From an uncultured Prochlorococcus sp. (GTDB lineage: Bacteria > Cyanobacteriota > Cyanobacteriia > PCC-6307 > Cyanobiaceae), in contig CACFEJ010000004.1 in NCBI GenBank assembly GCA_902565305.1, positions 3,967 through 67,966 of the forward strand: 64,000 bases of DNA, written 5' to 3'. The notes below the pieces were generated by a model that saw only the letters and a program-made list of their open reading frames with translations, had not been told where the DNA came from and searched no databases. The translations under genes and the position numbers were made by a program. This document shows positions 51,204 through 61,336 of the stretch, piece by piece. The stretch's first letter is position 1. Every line of letters starts with the position of its first letter.

Positions 51204-52214
51204 ATGACAAATACAGAAATTTCCAACAATAATCCTGAAAAGGAATTAATACTAGATAAGTCAATTTCAGATGATAAAACCAAACAAATTAGTAAGAAGA
51301 ATACAACGCAAAATAAAAAAATTACATCAAAAAACGATCAATCAACTAAATCTTTTGATGAAATTTCTAATGAAATTTTTAAAGATCTCGTTTCCAAAAA
51401 AGACTCTTTAGTTAAAGAAATAAATGATTTAGAAACAAAAAAAAATGAAATAGAAAAAGATATTGAGTCAAATTTTAAAGGACAGTCAGATAATATTGCT
51501 AAAAGAGTTAAAGGTTTTCAAGAGTACTTAACTGGAGCTTTGCAGAATCTTTCACAAAATGTAGAGAAACTTGAATTAGTTTCTCAACCAATAATCGTAA
51601 AGCCTTCTCCCCTTGATGAGGATAAGCAAAACAATATCACAAATAATGTAGTTAAAGTGCCTGCTCTTTCTGAAACATTTAAGCCAGATGAAGAGATTAT
51701 AAAAAATTGCTTTACAAGTTTCAAAGAACAACCTGACTTTTATGCAGAGCCTTGGAAATTAAGACGAAGTCTTGATTCATCAGATTTAGAAATTATGGAT
51801 GATTGGTTCTTTAACATGGGCGGAAGAGGTTCTCTTGAAAGTAGAGGATCTCGACAAAAAAATGCCTTGTTATCAGCTGGCTTAATATCTATTCTTGGCG
51901 AATTATATGGAGATCAATTTCAGACTCTTATTTTAGCTTCGCAGCCTGAACGATTAGGTGAATGGAGAAGAATTCTTCAAGATTCACTTGGTCTCACAAG
52001 GGATGACTTTGGACCTAATAGTGGGATTGTTCTTTTTGAAAGGCCTGAAGGTGTCATCGAGAGAGCTGATAGATTAGAAGCGAATGAAGAATTGCCATTT
52101 ATTATCATTGATGCAGCAGAAACCTCTGTTGAAATTCCCATACTTCAATTCCCATTATGGGTTGCATTTGCTGGTTCAGATAATGAAATTTACGATGATC
52201 TTGAACTAAACTAA
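51204..52214 (+). CDS. DUF3086-family protein
   Basis: N-terminal coiled coil; [29 protein letters not shown]. Confidence 0.82.
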   Translation: MTNTEISNNNPEKELILDKSISDDKTKQISKKNTTQNKKITSKNDQSTKSFDEISNEIFKDLVSKKDSLVKEINDLETKKNEIEKDIESNFKGQSDNIAKRVKGFQEYLTGALQNLSQNVEKLELVSQPIIVKPSPLDEDKQNNITNNVVKVPALSETFKPDEEIIKNCFTSFKEQPDFYAEPWKLRRSLDSSDLEIMDDWFFNMGGRGSLESRGSRQKNALLSAGLISILGELYGDQFQTLILASQPERLGEWRRILQDSLGLTRDDFGPNSGIVLFERPEGVIERADRLEANEELPFIIIDAAETSVEIPILQFPLWVAFAGSDNEIYDDLELN

Positions 52215-52219
52215 GCTTT

Positions 52220-52813
52220 ATGAATATCTTAATAATTTTTGCAAGTTATCTTTTAGGATCACTTCCGACAGGTTTTTTAATTGGGAAATATATCAAAAAT
52301 ATAGATCTGAGAACTATAGGTTCTGGATCTACTGGTGCCACAAATGTCTTGAGAAATGTTGGGAAATGGCCAGCACTTTTTGTATTTATCATTGACGTTG
52401 GGAAAGGCCTTATTGCAGTAAAAATTGCTCAATATTACACAGATCAAGGATTAATAGAAGTTATAGCAGGGATATCCGCTATCTCAGGACATATTTGGCC
52501 AATATGGCTTAGAGGTAAAGGAGGGAAAGCTGTTGCAACTGGATTAGGTATGTTTTTAGCTCTTTCTTGGAAAGTTGGACTCGCATCTCTCGGCATTTTT
52601 TTAATAGTCCTAACAAAAACTAAATTTGTTTCTTTATCAAGTATTTCAGCTGCGATCTTACTTCCTATTTTTATGTTTTTTTACCTAGGTAAATTTATGC
52701 ACTCATACTTTTTTATAAGTTTAATTGTTACATTATTAGTTATCTGGAAACATAGAACAAACATAAAAAGATTGCTTAAGGGAGAAGAATCCAAAATTAA
52801 TCAGAATCAATAG
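52220..52813 (+). CDS. plsY: Glycerol-3-phosphate acyltransferase PlsY
   Basis: [34 protein letters not shown]. Confidence 0.96.
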   Translation: MNILIIFASYLLGSLPTGFLIGKYIKNIDLRTIGSGSTGATNVLRNVGKWPALFVFIIDVGKGLIAVKIAQYYTDQGLIEVIAGISAISGHIWPIWLRGKGGKAVATGLGMFLALSWKVGLASLGIFLIVLTKTKFVSLSSISAAILLPIFMFFYLGKFMHSYFFISLIVTLLVIWKHRTNIKRLLKGEESKINQNQ

Positions 52814-53528
52814 ATTTAAATATTTCTATTAGAGCTTTATTAGGATCTACAGCGTTTGAAATTGATCTTCCAATGACTAACTTAGAAGCACCATTATCTA
52901 TAGCTTCATAGGGAGTCATAATTCTATTTTGATCATCTTTATTGTAAATATTTAATCTGATACCTGGTGTAATAAGTTCAAAATTTTCCTTATAAATAGA
53001 TCTCAACATTTTTACCTCCCAAGGGGAACAAACACATCCATCTAATCCGGCATCAAAAGACAACTTTGCAAGTCTCAATACATTTTCTTCAATTGAATTA
53101 TTTCTATCAAGATCAGTTTGAAAATCTTTAAGAGAAAAGCTTGTTAAAACAGTTATTCCTACAATCAATGGAGGTTTTACACTGACTGAGGTAGCTCCTT
53201 CTAAAGATGCTTTTTTCGAATCTTTAAGAGCTTTTGAACCTGCTGAAGCATGAATAGAAATTATATCAACCCCTAATTTTGAAACTTGAAAACATGCTGC
53301 ACGCATGGTATTAGGAATATCATGAAATTTTAAGTCTAAAAAAATTTTTTTATTTAAACCTTTTAATATTTCAATAACCCTTGGACCTTCCCTAACAAAA
53401 AGTTCTAAACCAACTTTAACCCATTTAATATTAGGACATTTTTCCAAAAGTAATTTTGCTTGACTTACATCTAATCCATCAATTGCCAATATTATTTTAT
53501 CTTCTGAATTAAATCTATTATTCATCAA
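52797..53528 (-). CDS. pyrF: Orotidine-5'-phosphate decarboxylase
   Basis: [26 protein letters not shown]. Confidence 0.97.
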   Translation of the reverse strand: MMNNRFNSEDKIILAIDGLDVSQAKLLLEKCPNIKWVKVGLELFVREGPRVIEILKGLNKKIFLDLKFHDIPNTMRAACFQVSKLGVDIISIHASAGSKALKDSKKASLEGATSVSVKPPLIVGITVLTSFSLKDFQTDLDRNNSIEENVLRLAKLSFDAGLDGCVCSPWEVKMLRSIYKENFELITPGIRLNIYNKDDQNRIMTPYEAIDNGASKLVIGRSISNAVDPNKALIEIFKSIDSD

Positions 53529-53531
53529 TTT

Positions 53532-54770
53532 TCAGTTTTCAAACCTCTTAATTATTTTTTTTCCAATTTGCAAAATTTTTCCTTCCAAATCATTTTTTGA
53601 ATTAAAAACTAAATCAGGATTTATTACTTTTTGACTATCAATTTTTACACCCCCACCTTTAATAGATCTTTTTGATTCGCTGCTAGATTTGAAAAGTTTT
53701 AGAGCACTCAATAAGTAGAAAAACTTTACTGGAAAAACTACTTCTTTTAAAGAAATCTCTGGAATTTCTCCAACTTTTTCTTTGTGACCAAGGAATAATT
53801 TTTCGCAGTTTGATTGCGCCTTTAATGCTTCTTCGGTTCCATGGAATAAAGAAGTAACTTCTAAAGCCATTCTTCTCTGTAATTCACGAGGATTTGAGTT
53901 TTCCAGAAAACTTAAATCTAATTCAGTAAGTAATTCAAAATAGGTGGGTATTATATTATCGGGTACTTTTTCTAATTTTGAATACATTGAAAGAGGATCT
54001 TCAGTTAAACCGACGGTGTTAAATTCAGATTTACTCATCTTTTTAATTCCATCTAAACCTGTCAAAATTGGCAGCAGAACACCAAATTGAGGGTCTTGTT
54101 TAAAATGCCTTTGAAGGTCTCTTCCTATCGCAATATTAAATTTCTGATCTGTGCCTCCAAGCTCAATATCTGATTGCACAACTACCGAATCGTAACCTTG
54201 TAATAGTGGATATAAGAATTCATGCAAAGCAATTGGGACTTGCGAAGTGTACCTTTTATTAAACTCCTCCTTAGCTAACATTTGACTAACTGTCGCACTC
54301 CCCATCAGTTCAATTATCGAATTAAGATTTAATCCTTTTAACCATTCGCTGTTATATCTAATTTCTATTCTATCTTTTGAATCAAAATCTAAAATAGATT
54401 CATTGGCTGGCTTTCCCATCCCTAGTTGGGTTAAGTATGTTTTTGCATTATCCTTAACTTGTTTTTCCGATAACTGAACTCTTGTTTTGTTTTTTCCAGT
54501 TGGATCTCCAATTTGAGCAGTAAAATCCCCAATAATTAAAACTGCAATGTGTCCATTATCTTGGAATGCCCTTAATTTTTTAAACAATATGCTGTGACCA
54601 AGATGAATATCGGTTCCAGTTGGATCTATGCCGAGTTTAACTCTTAATTTTTTATTATTTTTTTTTGCATGATCAATTATCTCCGAAAAGGTCTGATCTG
54701 TTCCCTTAATTGGAAAATATTCTTCTATTCCTCTTGACAGCCATGATGGCAATTTTAAATTATCTGTCAT
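53532..54770 (-). CDS. tyrS: Tyrosine--tRNA ligase
   Basis: [29 protein letters not shown]4-like tail. Confidence 0.97.
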   Translation of the reverse strand: MTDNLKLPSWLSRGIEEYFPIKGTDQTFSEIIDHAKKNNKKLRVKLGIDPTGTDIHLGHSILFKKLRAFQDNGHIAVLIIGDFTAQIGDPTGKNKTRVQLSEKQVKDNAKTYLTQLGMGKPANESILDFDSKDRIEIRYNSEWLKGLNLNSIIELMGSATVSQMLAKEEFNKRYTSQVPIALHEFLYPLLQGYDSVVVQSDIELGGTDQKFNIAIGRDLQRHFKQDPQFGVLLPILTGLDGIKKMSKSEFNTVGLTEDPLSMYSKLEKVPDNIIPTYFELLTELDLSFLENSNPRELQRRMALEVTSLFHGTEEALKAQSNCEKLFLGHKEKVGEIPEISLKEVVFPVKFFYLLSALKLFKSSSESKRSIKGGGVKIDSQKVINPDLVFNSKNDLEGKILQIGKKIIKRFEN

Positions 54771-54788
54771 GAGCTTTAACCGTTAACT

Positions 54789-55112
54789 TTAAGAAGTTTT
54801 ATCAAGTTCATCCTTCATTCTTATTAAGGTTTTATTCATTTGATCGAACATTTGATCAGGAGTGATCCCAAATTGACTTAACTGTGTCTTTAATTGTTCT
54901 ACTGTCATTTTTGCTTGAAAATCTTCAGACAATTCAAATCTCTTCATGAAAACCTTATAACGATCCATAAGAGATTCCATTTTTTTTATAAACATTTTTT
55001 TCCCTTCTCTATCAAATTTTCCATAATCAGAGCCAAGTTTCATAAGTTCTTGGTAATCTGTAAAAAGCTTTTTAGCTTCTTCTTGAACGATGTCTGACTC
55101 AAAGAATCCCAT
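54789..55112 (-). CDS. DUF1825-family protein
   Basis: MGFFESDIVQEEAK...KFDREGK...RFELSEDF; start placed at MGFF. Confidence 0.85.
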   Translation of the reverse strand: MGFFESDIVQEEAKKLFTDYQELMKLGSDYGKFDREGKKMFIKKMESLMDRYKVFMKRFELSEDFQAKMTVEQLKTQLSQFGITPDQMFDQMNKTLIRMKDELDKTS

Positions 55113-55262
55113 TTCTATTTTTTTACTTCGCAGATTAAGTCTCAACTACAAGATAACAAGAATCTTTTAAATTGATTAGAAGATTAATAAATTTTAGTTT
55201 ATAAATAATTCTTTGATTTATATTTTTTCAGAATTAAATTTAGTAGACATGTTTCATAAATA

Positions 55263-55874
55263 TTGGAAAAATTTAACGTAAATAATATTTCAAACCAAAA
55301 TAGACAATTTGAATTATTTGGTTCAAATGTAAATACATCAATTAATTTTCAACACTCAAATAATCTTAAAATCAAAGGCGAAATCCTAACTGAATGGAGG
55401 GAAAGAATTTATAATCACCAATTCAAAATTTCAAAAGATACTCAAAATAAAACTTTGCACCAAACAAGTCTTCCTATAAATAGAATCTCCGATGAAAGAA
55501 AAATTGATCCGTTTTCCTTGCAGCCATTATCATTGAACTTTTGGAGAACCAATCAATATATACACAATGGGCCAGCAATGTATTTTGTAATTGACTCGAT
55601 GGAGAGTTCTAAAATAATCCTTTATATAGGAGAAACAAATTCAGCAAATAAAAGATGGAAGGGAGAACATGACTGTAAAAATTACCTCATGAACTATAAA
55701 GAAGCCCTAGCTCATAACAAACTCTCAAGTCACCAAGATATTCGTTTCTTCTTAGATGTACCCAAAGAAGTAAAATTAAGACGTAAATTAGAACAGCAAC
55801 TGATATATTTATGGTTACCACCTTTTAATAAAGAAACTCGAGATAGGTGGGCAACTACTTTCACAAACAATTAA
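55263..55874 (+). CDS. GIY-YIG nuclease-family protein
   Basis: AMYF...LYIGET, RW..EHDCK.Y, LEQ.LI..W.PPFN pattern. Confidence 0.75.
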   Translation: MEKFNVNNISNQNRQFELFGSNVNTSINFQHSNNLKIKGEILTEWRERIYNHQFKISKDTQNKTLHQTSLPINRISDERKIDPFSLQPLSLNFWRTNQYIHNGPAMYFVIDSMESSKIILYIGETNSANKRWKGEHDCKNYLMNYKEALAHNKLSSHQDIRFFLDVPKEVKLRRKLEQQLIYLWLPPFNKETRDRWATTFTNN

Positions 55875-55898
55875 AAGTTAATTAAATCCATTTTACAA

Positions 55899-57371
55899 AT
55901 GCAATTTTCCTCATTCCAAAAAAATCTAGAAAACTGGCAAGGTGCTTCATTAATTTTTGGAGTTTTAGAGGAAGATATTGCAGGCCAACTTGAAAACATA
56001 AAATTTGTTATTGACCCAAAATTATTACTAAAAAAAGTTACTCAAAAAAAATTTAAAGGAGAAAAAGGAAAAACTTTAAGCTTTGAATTTTTAGATCAAA
56101 AATTAGAAACTTTAATCATAGTTGGTCTTGGCAAATCGAAGGACCTAAATAAAAGTGATATAGAAAACTCTATAGGAAATCTAGTTAGGAAAACAGTTGA
56201 TAAAAATGAAAAAATCAGCATCTTGCTACCCTGGGAATTTATAAATTCACAAATAGAAATAAATCAATTAGCAGAGGCAGCCAGATTATCTGCCTTTAAG
56301 GACAATAGATTCAATAAGAAAAGAGATGAAAAGAAAATTCTTAAAGAAATAGAGTTTTTAAATTTAAAAGAATTTGATAATATTAACTTCGAAGTGACAT
56401 CACAAATATGTGAAGGTGTAGAACTAGCTAGAAGACTTGTAGCAGCCCCTCCAAATAGTCTTACGCCTCAGGAAATGTCCATACAAGCTTCTCAAATAGC
56501 TAAAGATCATGGTTTGGAAGTAAAAATTTTAGAGGCAAAAGATTGTGAAGATTTAGGAATGGGTGCATATTTAGCTGTAGCAAAAGGCTCTGATCTAGAT
56601 CCTAAATTTATACATCTTACTTTAAAGTCAGAGGGGCCTATTAAAGAAAAGATTGCGCTCGTTGGGAAGGGTTTAACCTTTGATTCTGGAGGATACAATC
56701 TGAAAGTAGGAGCATCTCAAATTGAAATGATGAAATATGATATGGGAGGAAGCGCTGCAGTTTTAGGAGCAGCAAAAGCACTTGGAGCAATAAAACCAAA
56801 GGGATTAGAAATTCATTTTATTGTGGCATCTTGCGAAAACATGATAAATGGATCTGCAGTACATCCTGGAGATGTAGTTAAGGCATCTAATGGTAAGACA
56901 ATTGAAATAAATAACACTGATGCAGAGGGCAGACTCACATTAGCTGATGCTTTAACTTACGCATCCAATTTAAACCCAGATTCAATAATAGATCTGGCCA
57001 CTTTAACAGGAGCTATTGTTGTTGCATTAGGAAATGATGTAGCTGGATTCTGGAGCAATAATGATGATCTAGCAAATGACTTAAAAGCTGCATCAGCCCA
57101 GACTGGAGAAGAATTATGGCAAATGCCTTTACAAAAATCTTATAAAGAAGGGTTAAAGTCTCATATAGCTGATATGAAAAATACAGGTCCAAGAGCAGGA
57201 GGGTCAATAACTGCTGCTTTGTTTTTAGAGGAATTCTTTGATTCAGAGATAAAATGGGCTCATATTGATATTGCTGGGACTTGTTGGACTGATAAGAATA
57301 AAGGAATTAATCCATCAGGTGCAACCGGTTTTGGAGTTAAAACTCTTGTTCAATGGATTAAAAATAAATAA
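55899..57371 (+). CDS. pepA: Leucyl aminopeptidase (M17)
   Basis: [31 protein letters not shown]. Confidence 0.97.
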   Translation: MQFSSFQKNLENWQGASLIFGVLEEDIAGQLENIKFVIDPKLLLKKVTQKKFKGEKGKTLSFEFLDQKLETLIIVGLGKSKDLNKSDIENSIGNLVRKTVDKNEKISILLPWEFINSQIEINQLAEAARLSAFKDNRFNKKRDEKKILKEIEFLNLKEFDNINFEVTSQICEGVELARRLVAAPPNSLTPQEMSIQASQIAKDHGLEVKILEAKDCEDLGMGAYLAVAKGSDLDPKFIHLTLKSEGPIKEKIALVGKGLTFDSGGYNLKVGASQIEMMKYDMGGSAAVLGAAKALGAIKPKGLEIHFIVASCENMINGSAVHPGDVVKASNGKTIEINNTDAEGRLTLADALTYASNLNPDSIIDLATLTGAIVVALGNDVAGFWSNNDDLANDLKAASAQTGEELWQMPLQKSYKEGLKSHIADMKNTGPRAGGSITAALFLEEFFDSEIKWAHIDIAGTCWTDKNKGINPSGATGFGVKTLVQWIKNK

Positions 57372-57382
57372 CTATATTTACA

Positions 57383-57985
57383 TCATTCATTCCAAAGATT
57401 TGTTGATCTAGCGTTATCACCCCATAATTTATCCAACCTCTGATCTCTACCGCATGAGAATCTATAGAACTTATATTTTAATTCATTTCTCTCAGCAAAA
57501 TCCTGATGATATTCTTCAGCCAACCAAAATTGACCTTTTGATTTAAGTTCTACAGATATTTTTTCTAATGGCACTCGCAATTCATTAGAGGCGGAAGCAA
57601 TTGCATTTATTGCATCACTTTCCTCAGTTGCATCTTTGAAAAATATCACTGGCCTATAAGAATCTCCACGATCACAAAATTGACCCTTGCCGTCAAGAGG
57701 ATCAATATTTCTGAAATAAAGCCTAAGTATCTCGCTTAAAGTTACCAATTTGGAATCATAGTTTACCAAAACCACTTCCTGATGTCCTTCATGATTTTCG
57801 TAAGTAGGATTTTGCAAATCTCCACCTGAATAGCCACTTTCTACAAAATTTATCCCCTTTAATGTCTCTAAATCATGTTCTAAACACCAAAAACAACCTC
57901 CCGCAAGAATCAATTCCTCTGCAAAAGCGTTTACAGGGCTAATAAATATTGAAAGAATAATTATAAGAGATAAGAAATATTTCAT
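57383..57985 (-). CDS. msrA: Peptide methionine sulfoxide reductase MsrA (signal peptide)
   Basis: AGGCFWCLE, GYSGG...NPTY, GQFCDRG, AEEYHQ. Confidence 0.93.
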   Translation of the reverse strand: MKYFLSLIIILSIFISPVNAFAEELILAGGCFWCLEHDLETLKGINFVESGYSGGDLQNPTYENHEGHQEVVLVNYDSKLVTLSEILRLYFRNIDPLDGKGQFCDRGDSYRPVIFFKDATEESDAINAIASASNELRVPLEKISVELKSKGQFWLAEEYHQDFAERNELKYKFYRFSCGRDQRLDKLWGDNARSTNLWNE

Positions 57986-58001
57986 TTTTTTATTATAAAG
58001 T

Positions 58002-59180
58002 TCAAATAATAGAATTAATAATCTCTTTAGCAGCTCTCTGGACTACGCCCTCTTCTCCTAATTCTTTTTTTAAAAAAGCATAACCTTTTTTAATTTTTAT
58101 TTTTTCTGACTTCCCATCAAGAATCCTACAAGATTTATCGAAAATTTTCTTTTCATCAAACTCCTTTTGTACAAACTCAGGGATTATTAATTTATTAACT
58201 AACAAATTTACAGGGGAAATAAATTTTACTTTAAAATTGAGAATTTTTTTAGCAATAAAAGCAGTTACCCTACTTACTCTATAGCCAACAATCTGTGGAA
58301 TTCCATACAAAGCTAATTCCATGTTAACTGTCCCAGATTTACAAAGAGCAATTTTAGTTAGGGAATAAATATAAGGCTTTAATTTTGCACTATCTTTTTG
58401 AGAAATAACAAGTCCTTTAACTTGATATTTTCTAAAGGCTTTTTTGAATATTTCATCAAAAGCGTTCCGACAGGAGGGAATATAGACAACCAAACTTGGA
58501 TATCTTTGTTGTAATTTTTTTGCCGATTTCATAAAAGTAGGTAATATATATCGCAATTCTTGAGGTCTTGATGCGGGCATTAAAAGTATGATGTTTTGAT
58601 CTGGGCGAAGGTTTAGAATAGTTCTGGCATCTTTCTTTAAAGGAAGTTTTTTTGTTAAATCAATCATTGGATGTCCAACCCAAAAAACATTGCCGCCCCT
58701 CTTTTTGTAAAATTCTGCTTCTTTTTTAAAAATTGCAAAAATCTTATCAGAAAACTTTATTAGATTTGTTGTAGTATTATTGCCAACCCTCCAAGCCCAC
58801 TCTTGAGGAGCAATATAGTAAAAAATTGGTATTTTAGTTTTCGATCTTTTTAATTTAGTACCAATTTTTATATTGGGTCCCATATAGTCAATCAAAATTA
58901 AGCAATCAGGAGGATATTTTTTTAATAATTTATAGAACCTTTTTTGAATTCTTATTGTTGGAATAATAAGAGGTAAAGCCTCCCAAATTCCTATTGCACT
59001 AATAGATGTAGTATCTTGAAGAATTTTTACACCTTCTTTCTTCATCCTTTCCCCGCCTAATCCGCAAATTTCTAAATCTATAGATTTTTTTTTTGCTTCA
59101 TCTAATAATGCTTTTGATAACAAACTTCCGTGCAAATCTCCAGAAACTTCTCCAGTGCTTATAAATATCTTTTTATTCAT
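58002..59180 (-). CDS. lpxB: Lipid-A-disaccharide synthase
   Basis: TGEVSGDLHG, APQEWAWR, VGHP, PASR, SGT. Confidence 0.95.
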   Translation of the reverse strand: MNKKIFISTGEVSGDLHGSLLSKALLDEAKKKSIDLEICGLGGERMKKEGVKILQDTTSISAIGIWEALPLIIPTIRIQKRFYKLLKKYPPDCLILIDYMGPNIKIGTKLKRSKTKIPIFYYIAPQEWAWRVGNNTTTNLIKFSDKIFAIFKKEAEFYKKRGGNVFWVGHPMIDLTKKLPLKKDARTILNLRPDQNIILLMPASRPQELRYILPTFMKSAKKLQQRYPSLVVYIPSCRNAFDEIFKKAFRKYQVKGLVISQKDSAKLKPYIYSLTKIALCKSGTVNMELALYGIPQIVGYRVSRVTAFIAKKILNFKVKFISPVNLLVNKLIIPEFVQKEFDEKKIFDKSCRILDGKSEKIKIKKGYAFLKKELGEEGVVQRAAKEIINSII

Positions 59181-60019
59181 ACATTCACTAAAGGCATTGG
59201 TCCTCGTCTCTCTTTAGATATTGACTCTTTTAAAAAACTACATAATCTTGAAGATGAAATATCTAATTCTCCATTCATTACTTTTTCTAATGAATTTGAA
59301 ATCGCATCATTAGATTTAAAAAGTAAATTCCAAGTACTTTGAAGTAATTTTAAGTCAAAATCTTTATTTTCCATTAAACCACTTCTCTTAATTCCAATCC
59401 TATTTAAACCTCTCAATCTGCCTGGATGCCCTTCGGCCAAACAAAAAGGAGGTACATCTCGATCTACTCTAGTCATCCCTCCAATCATTGCTAAATATCC
59501 AATATGTACAAATTGATGAATACCTAAACAACCACCAATAATAGCTTTATCTTCGATCTTCACATGGCCCGCAACTTGAACACTATTTGATAAAACTATC
59601 CTGTTCCCGAGTTCACAATTATGTCCGATGTGAGTATAAGCCATCAGCAAATTATTATTACCAATAATAGTTTTTTCTCCTTCATCAGTTGCTTTATTAA
59701 TAGTTACACATTCTCTGAAAGTATTATTATCTCCAATAATCACTTCAGTATGGGCCCCTTTATATTTGAGGTCCTGGGGATCAAGACCTATATAAACACT
59801 TGGGAAAACTTTATTGTTTATACCAATTTGAGTTCTTCCTGAAATAACAGCATTGGGTCCTATTTCGGTTCCTTTCCCGATAGTCACATCAGGACCGACA
59901 ATAGCTCCTTGAGAGACAATAACTCCATCATGTAATTCGGCACTTGGATCAACATAAGCATTTGGATGGACTTTTACACCACTAAAGCTTGCATTTAATT
60001 CAGTATTTTTACAATCCAT
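59177..60019 (-). CDS. lpxA: UDP-N-acetylglucosamine O-acyltransferase
   Basis: Hexapeptide repeats, PQDLKY, HIGHNC, IHQF; start uncertain (60019 or 60031). Confidence 0.95.
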   Translation of the reverse strand: MDCKNTELNASFSGVKVHPNAYVDPSAELHDGVIVSQGAIVGPDVTIGKGTEIGPNAVISGRTQIGINNKVFPSVYIGLDPQDLKYKGAHTEVIIGDNNTFRECVTINKATDEGEKTIIGNNNLLMAYTHIGHNCELGNRIVLSNSVQVAGHVKIEDKAIIGGCLGIHQFVHIGYLAMIGGMTRVDRDVPPFCLAEGHPGRLRGLNRIGIKRSGLMENKDFDLKLLQSTWNLLFKSNDAISNSLEKVMNGELDISSSRLCSFLKESISKERRGPMPLVNV

Positions 60020-60023
60020 GTTC

Positions 60024-60482
60024 CTAATCAACTAATGAAAACATTAATTCTCCAGCGCAAACCAAATTCCCATCAACATGCGCCTCACCTTTCACCTTCC
60101 CAAATCTTTTTCTTTTAATAGATAATAATTCACAAGAAATTATCAATTGATCTCCAGGCACAACTGGTTTTCTAAATTTAACATTATTGATTCCAGCGAA
60201 GACGAAAAGTCCCTTAGGAAGATCAGGCATTTGCGTTACAATTATGCCACCAACTTGGGCCATTGATTCCACAATAAGAACCCCAGGCATCAAGGGTCTC
60301 TCAGGAAAGTGTCCTTGAAATTGAGGCTCATTTATAGTTACATTTTTTACTGCAACAGCTCTCTCACCAGGAATATTCTCTATAACTTTGTCAACAAGAG
60401 CAAAAGGATATCTATGAGGTAATAACCCTAGTATGTGCTCAGAGGAAAGTTGATTATTTTCACTGGATAATTTCTTTTCCAA
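60024..60482 (-). CDS. fabZ: 3-hydroxyacyl-ACP dehydratase
   Basis: [22 protein letters not shown]. Confidence 0.97.
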   Translation of the reverse strand: MEKKLSSENNQLSSEHILGLLPHRYPFALVDKVIENIPGERAVAVKNVTINEPQFQGHFPERPLMPGVLIVESMAQVGGIIVTQMPDLPKGLFVFAGINNVKFRKPVVPGDQLIISCELLSIKRKRFGKVKGEAHVDGNLVCAGELMFSLVD

Positions 60483-60499
60483 AATAATTAAAGATAAAG

Positions 60500-61336
60500 T
60501 TAATTTTTTAGCGATGAGGCCAATAAAGCATTTAAAGAATGTGATCCTTTATAAACTAAAATTTGAGCCTTAGGTAACCCTACCAAAGCCAAGTCCCCAA
60601 TTAGGTCTAAAATTTTATGTCTTATTGGTTCATCATCAAATCTTAATGGTGGATTAACCCAATTATCACCATCACAAACAAGGGCATTTTCCAAACTTCC
60701 ACCTTTTATTAATCCAAGTTCACTTAACTCTTGAAATTGATCTTTAAAACCAAATGTTCTGGCAGGCGCAATCATTTCAACAAAACTTTTTGGATTTAAA
60801 TCAATTACAAAAGTTTGATTTCCAATTGCTTTATAGGCAAAACTTATGGTGGATATAATTGTAGTTTTTTCAGAAGGAGTTGCGGCTATAACTGAGCCTT
60901 CTTTATTTAAAATTATTGATTTATTAATATCTCGAAAAAAATTATCTGGCCTAGGTGCCTTTTTTATTCCCACTTCTTCAAAATTTCTAACCCACTGGAT
61001 TGCCGATCCGTCTAAAAGAGGAATCTCTTTCCCGTCAACCTCAATATGTATATAACTCAACCCGCAACCTGCCATTGAAGATAATAAATGTTCAATTGTA
61101 TACAAATTTCTCCCTCCTAATTTGACCGCCGTACAAAGCATCGTACTTCCAATTAAATCCTGAGTTAATTTAAAAATCTCGTTAGGTTTATCCTTAAAAG
61201 AGACATAATATCCTTCTTTCTCGTAGGAAGAAATTGTAACTCTTGTTTTTTCACCACTGTGGAGGCCTACACCCTCTCTGGAGATAACACCAGCCAAGGT
61301 ATAGCAAGAATCATAATTAGCAGGCCAAGAAAACAC
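60500..61336 (-). CDS. lpxC: UDP-3-O-acyl-GlcNAc deacetylase
   Basis: [32 protein letters not shown]. Confidence 0.96.
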   Translation of the reverse strand: MFSWPANYDSCYTLAGVISREGVGLHSGEKTRVTISSYEKEGYYVSFKDKPNEIFKLTQDLIGSTMLCTAVKLGGRNLYTIEHLLSSMAGCGLSYIHIEVDGKEIPLLDGSAIQWVRNFEEVGIKKAPRPDNFFRDINKSIILNKEGSVIAATPSEKTTIISTISFAYKAIGNQTFVIDLNPKSFVEMIAPARTFGFKDQFQELSELGLIKGGSLENALVCDGDNWVNPPLRFDDEPIRHKILDLIGDLALVGLPKAQILVYKGSHSLNALLASSLKN

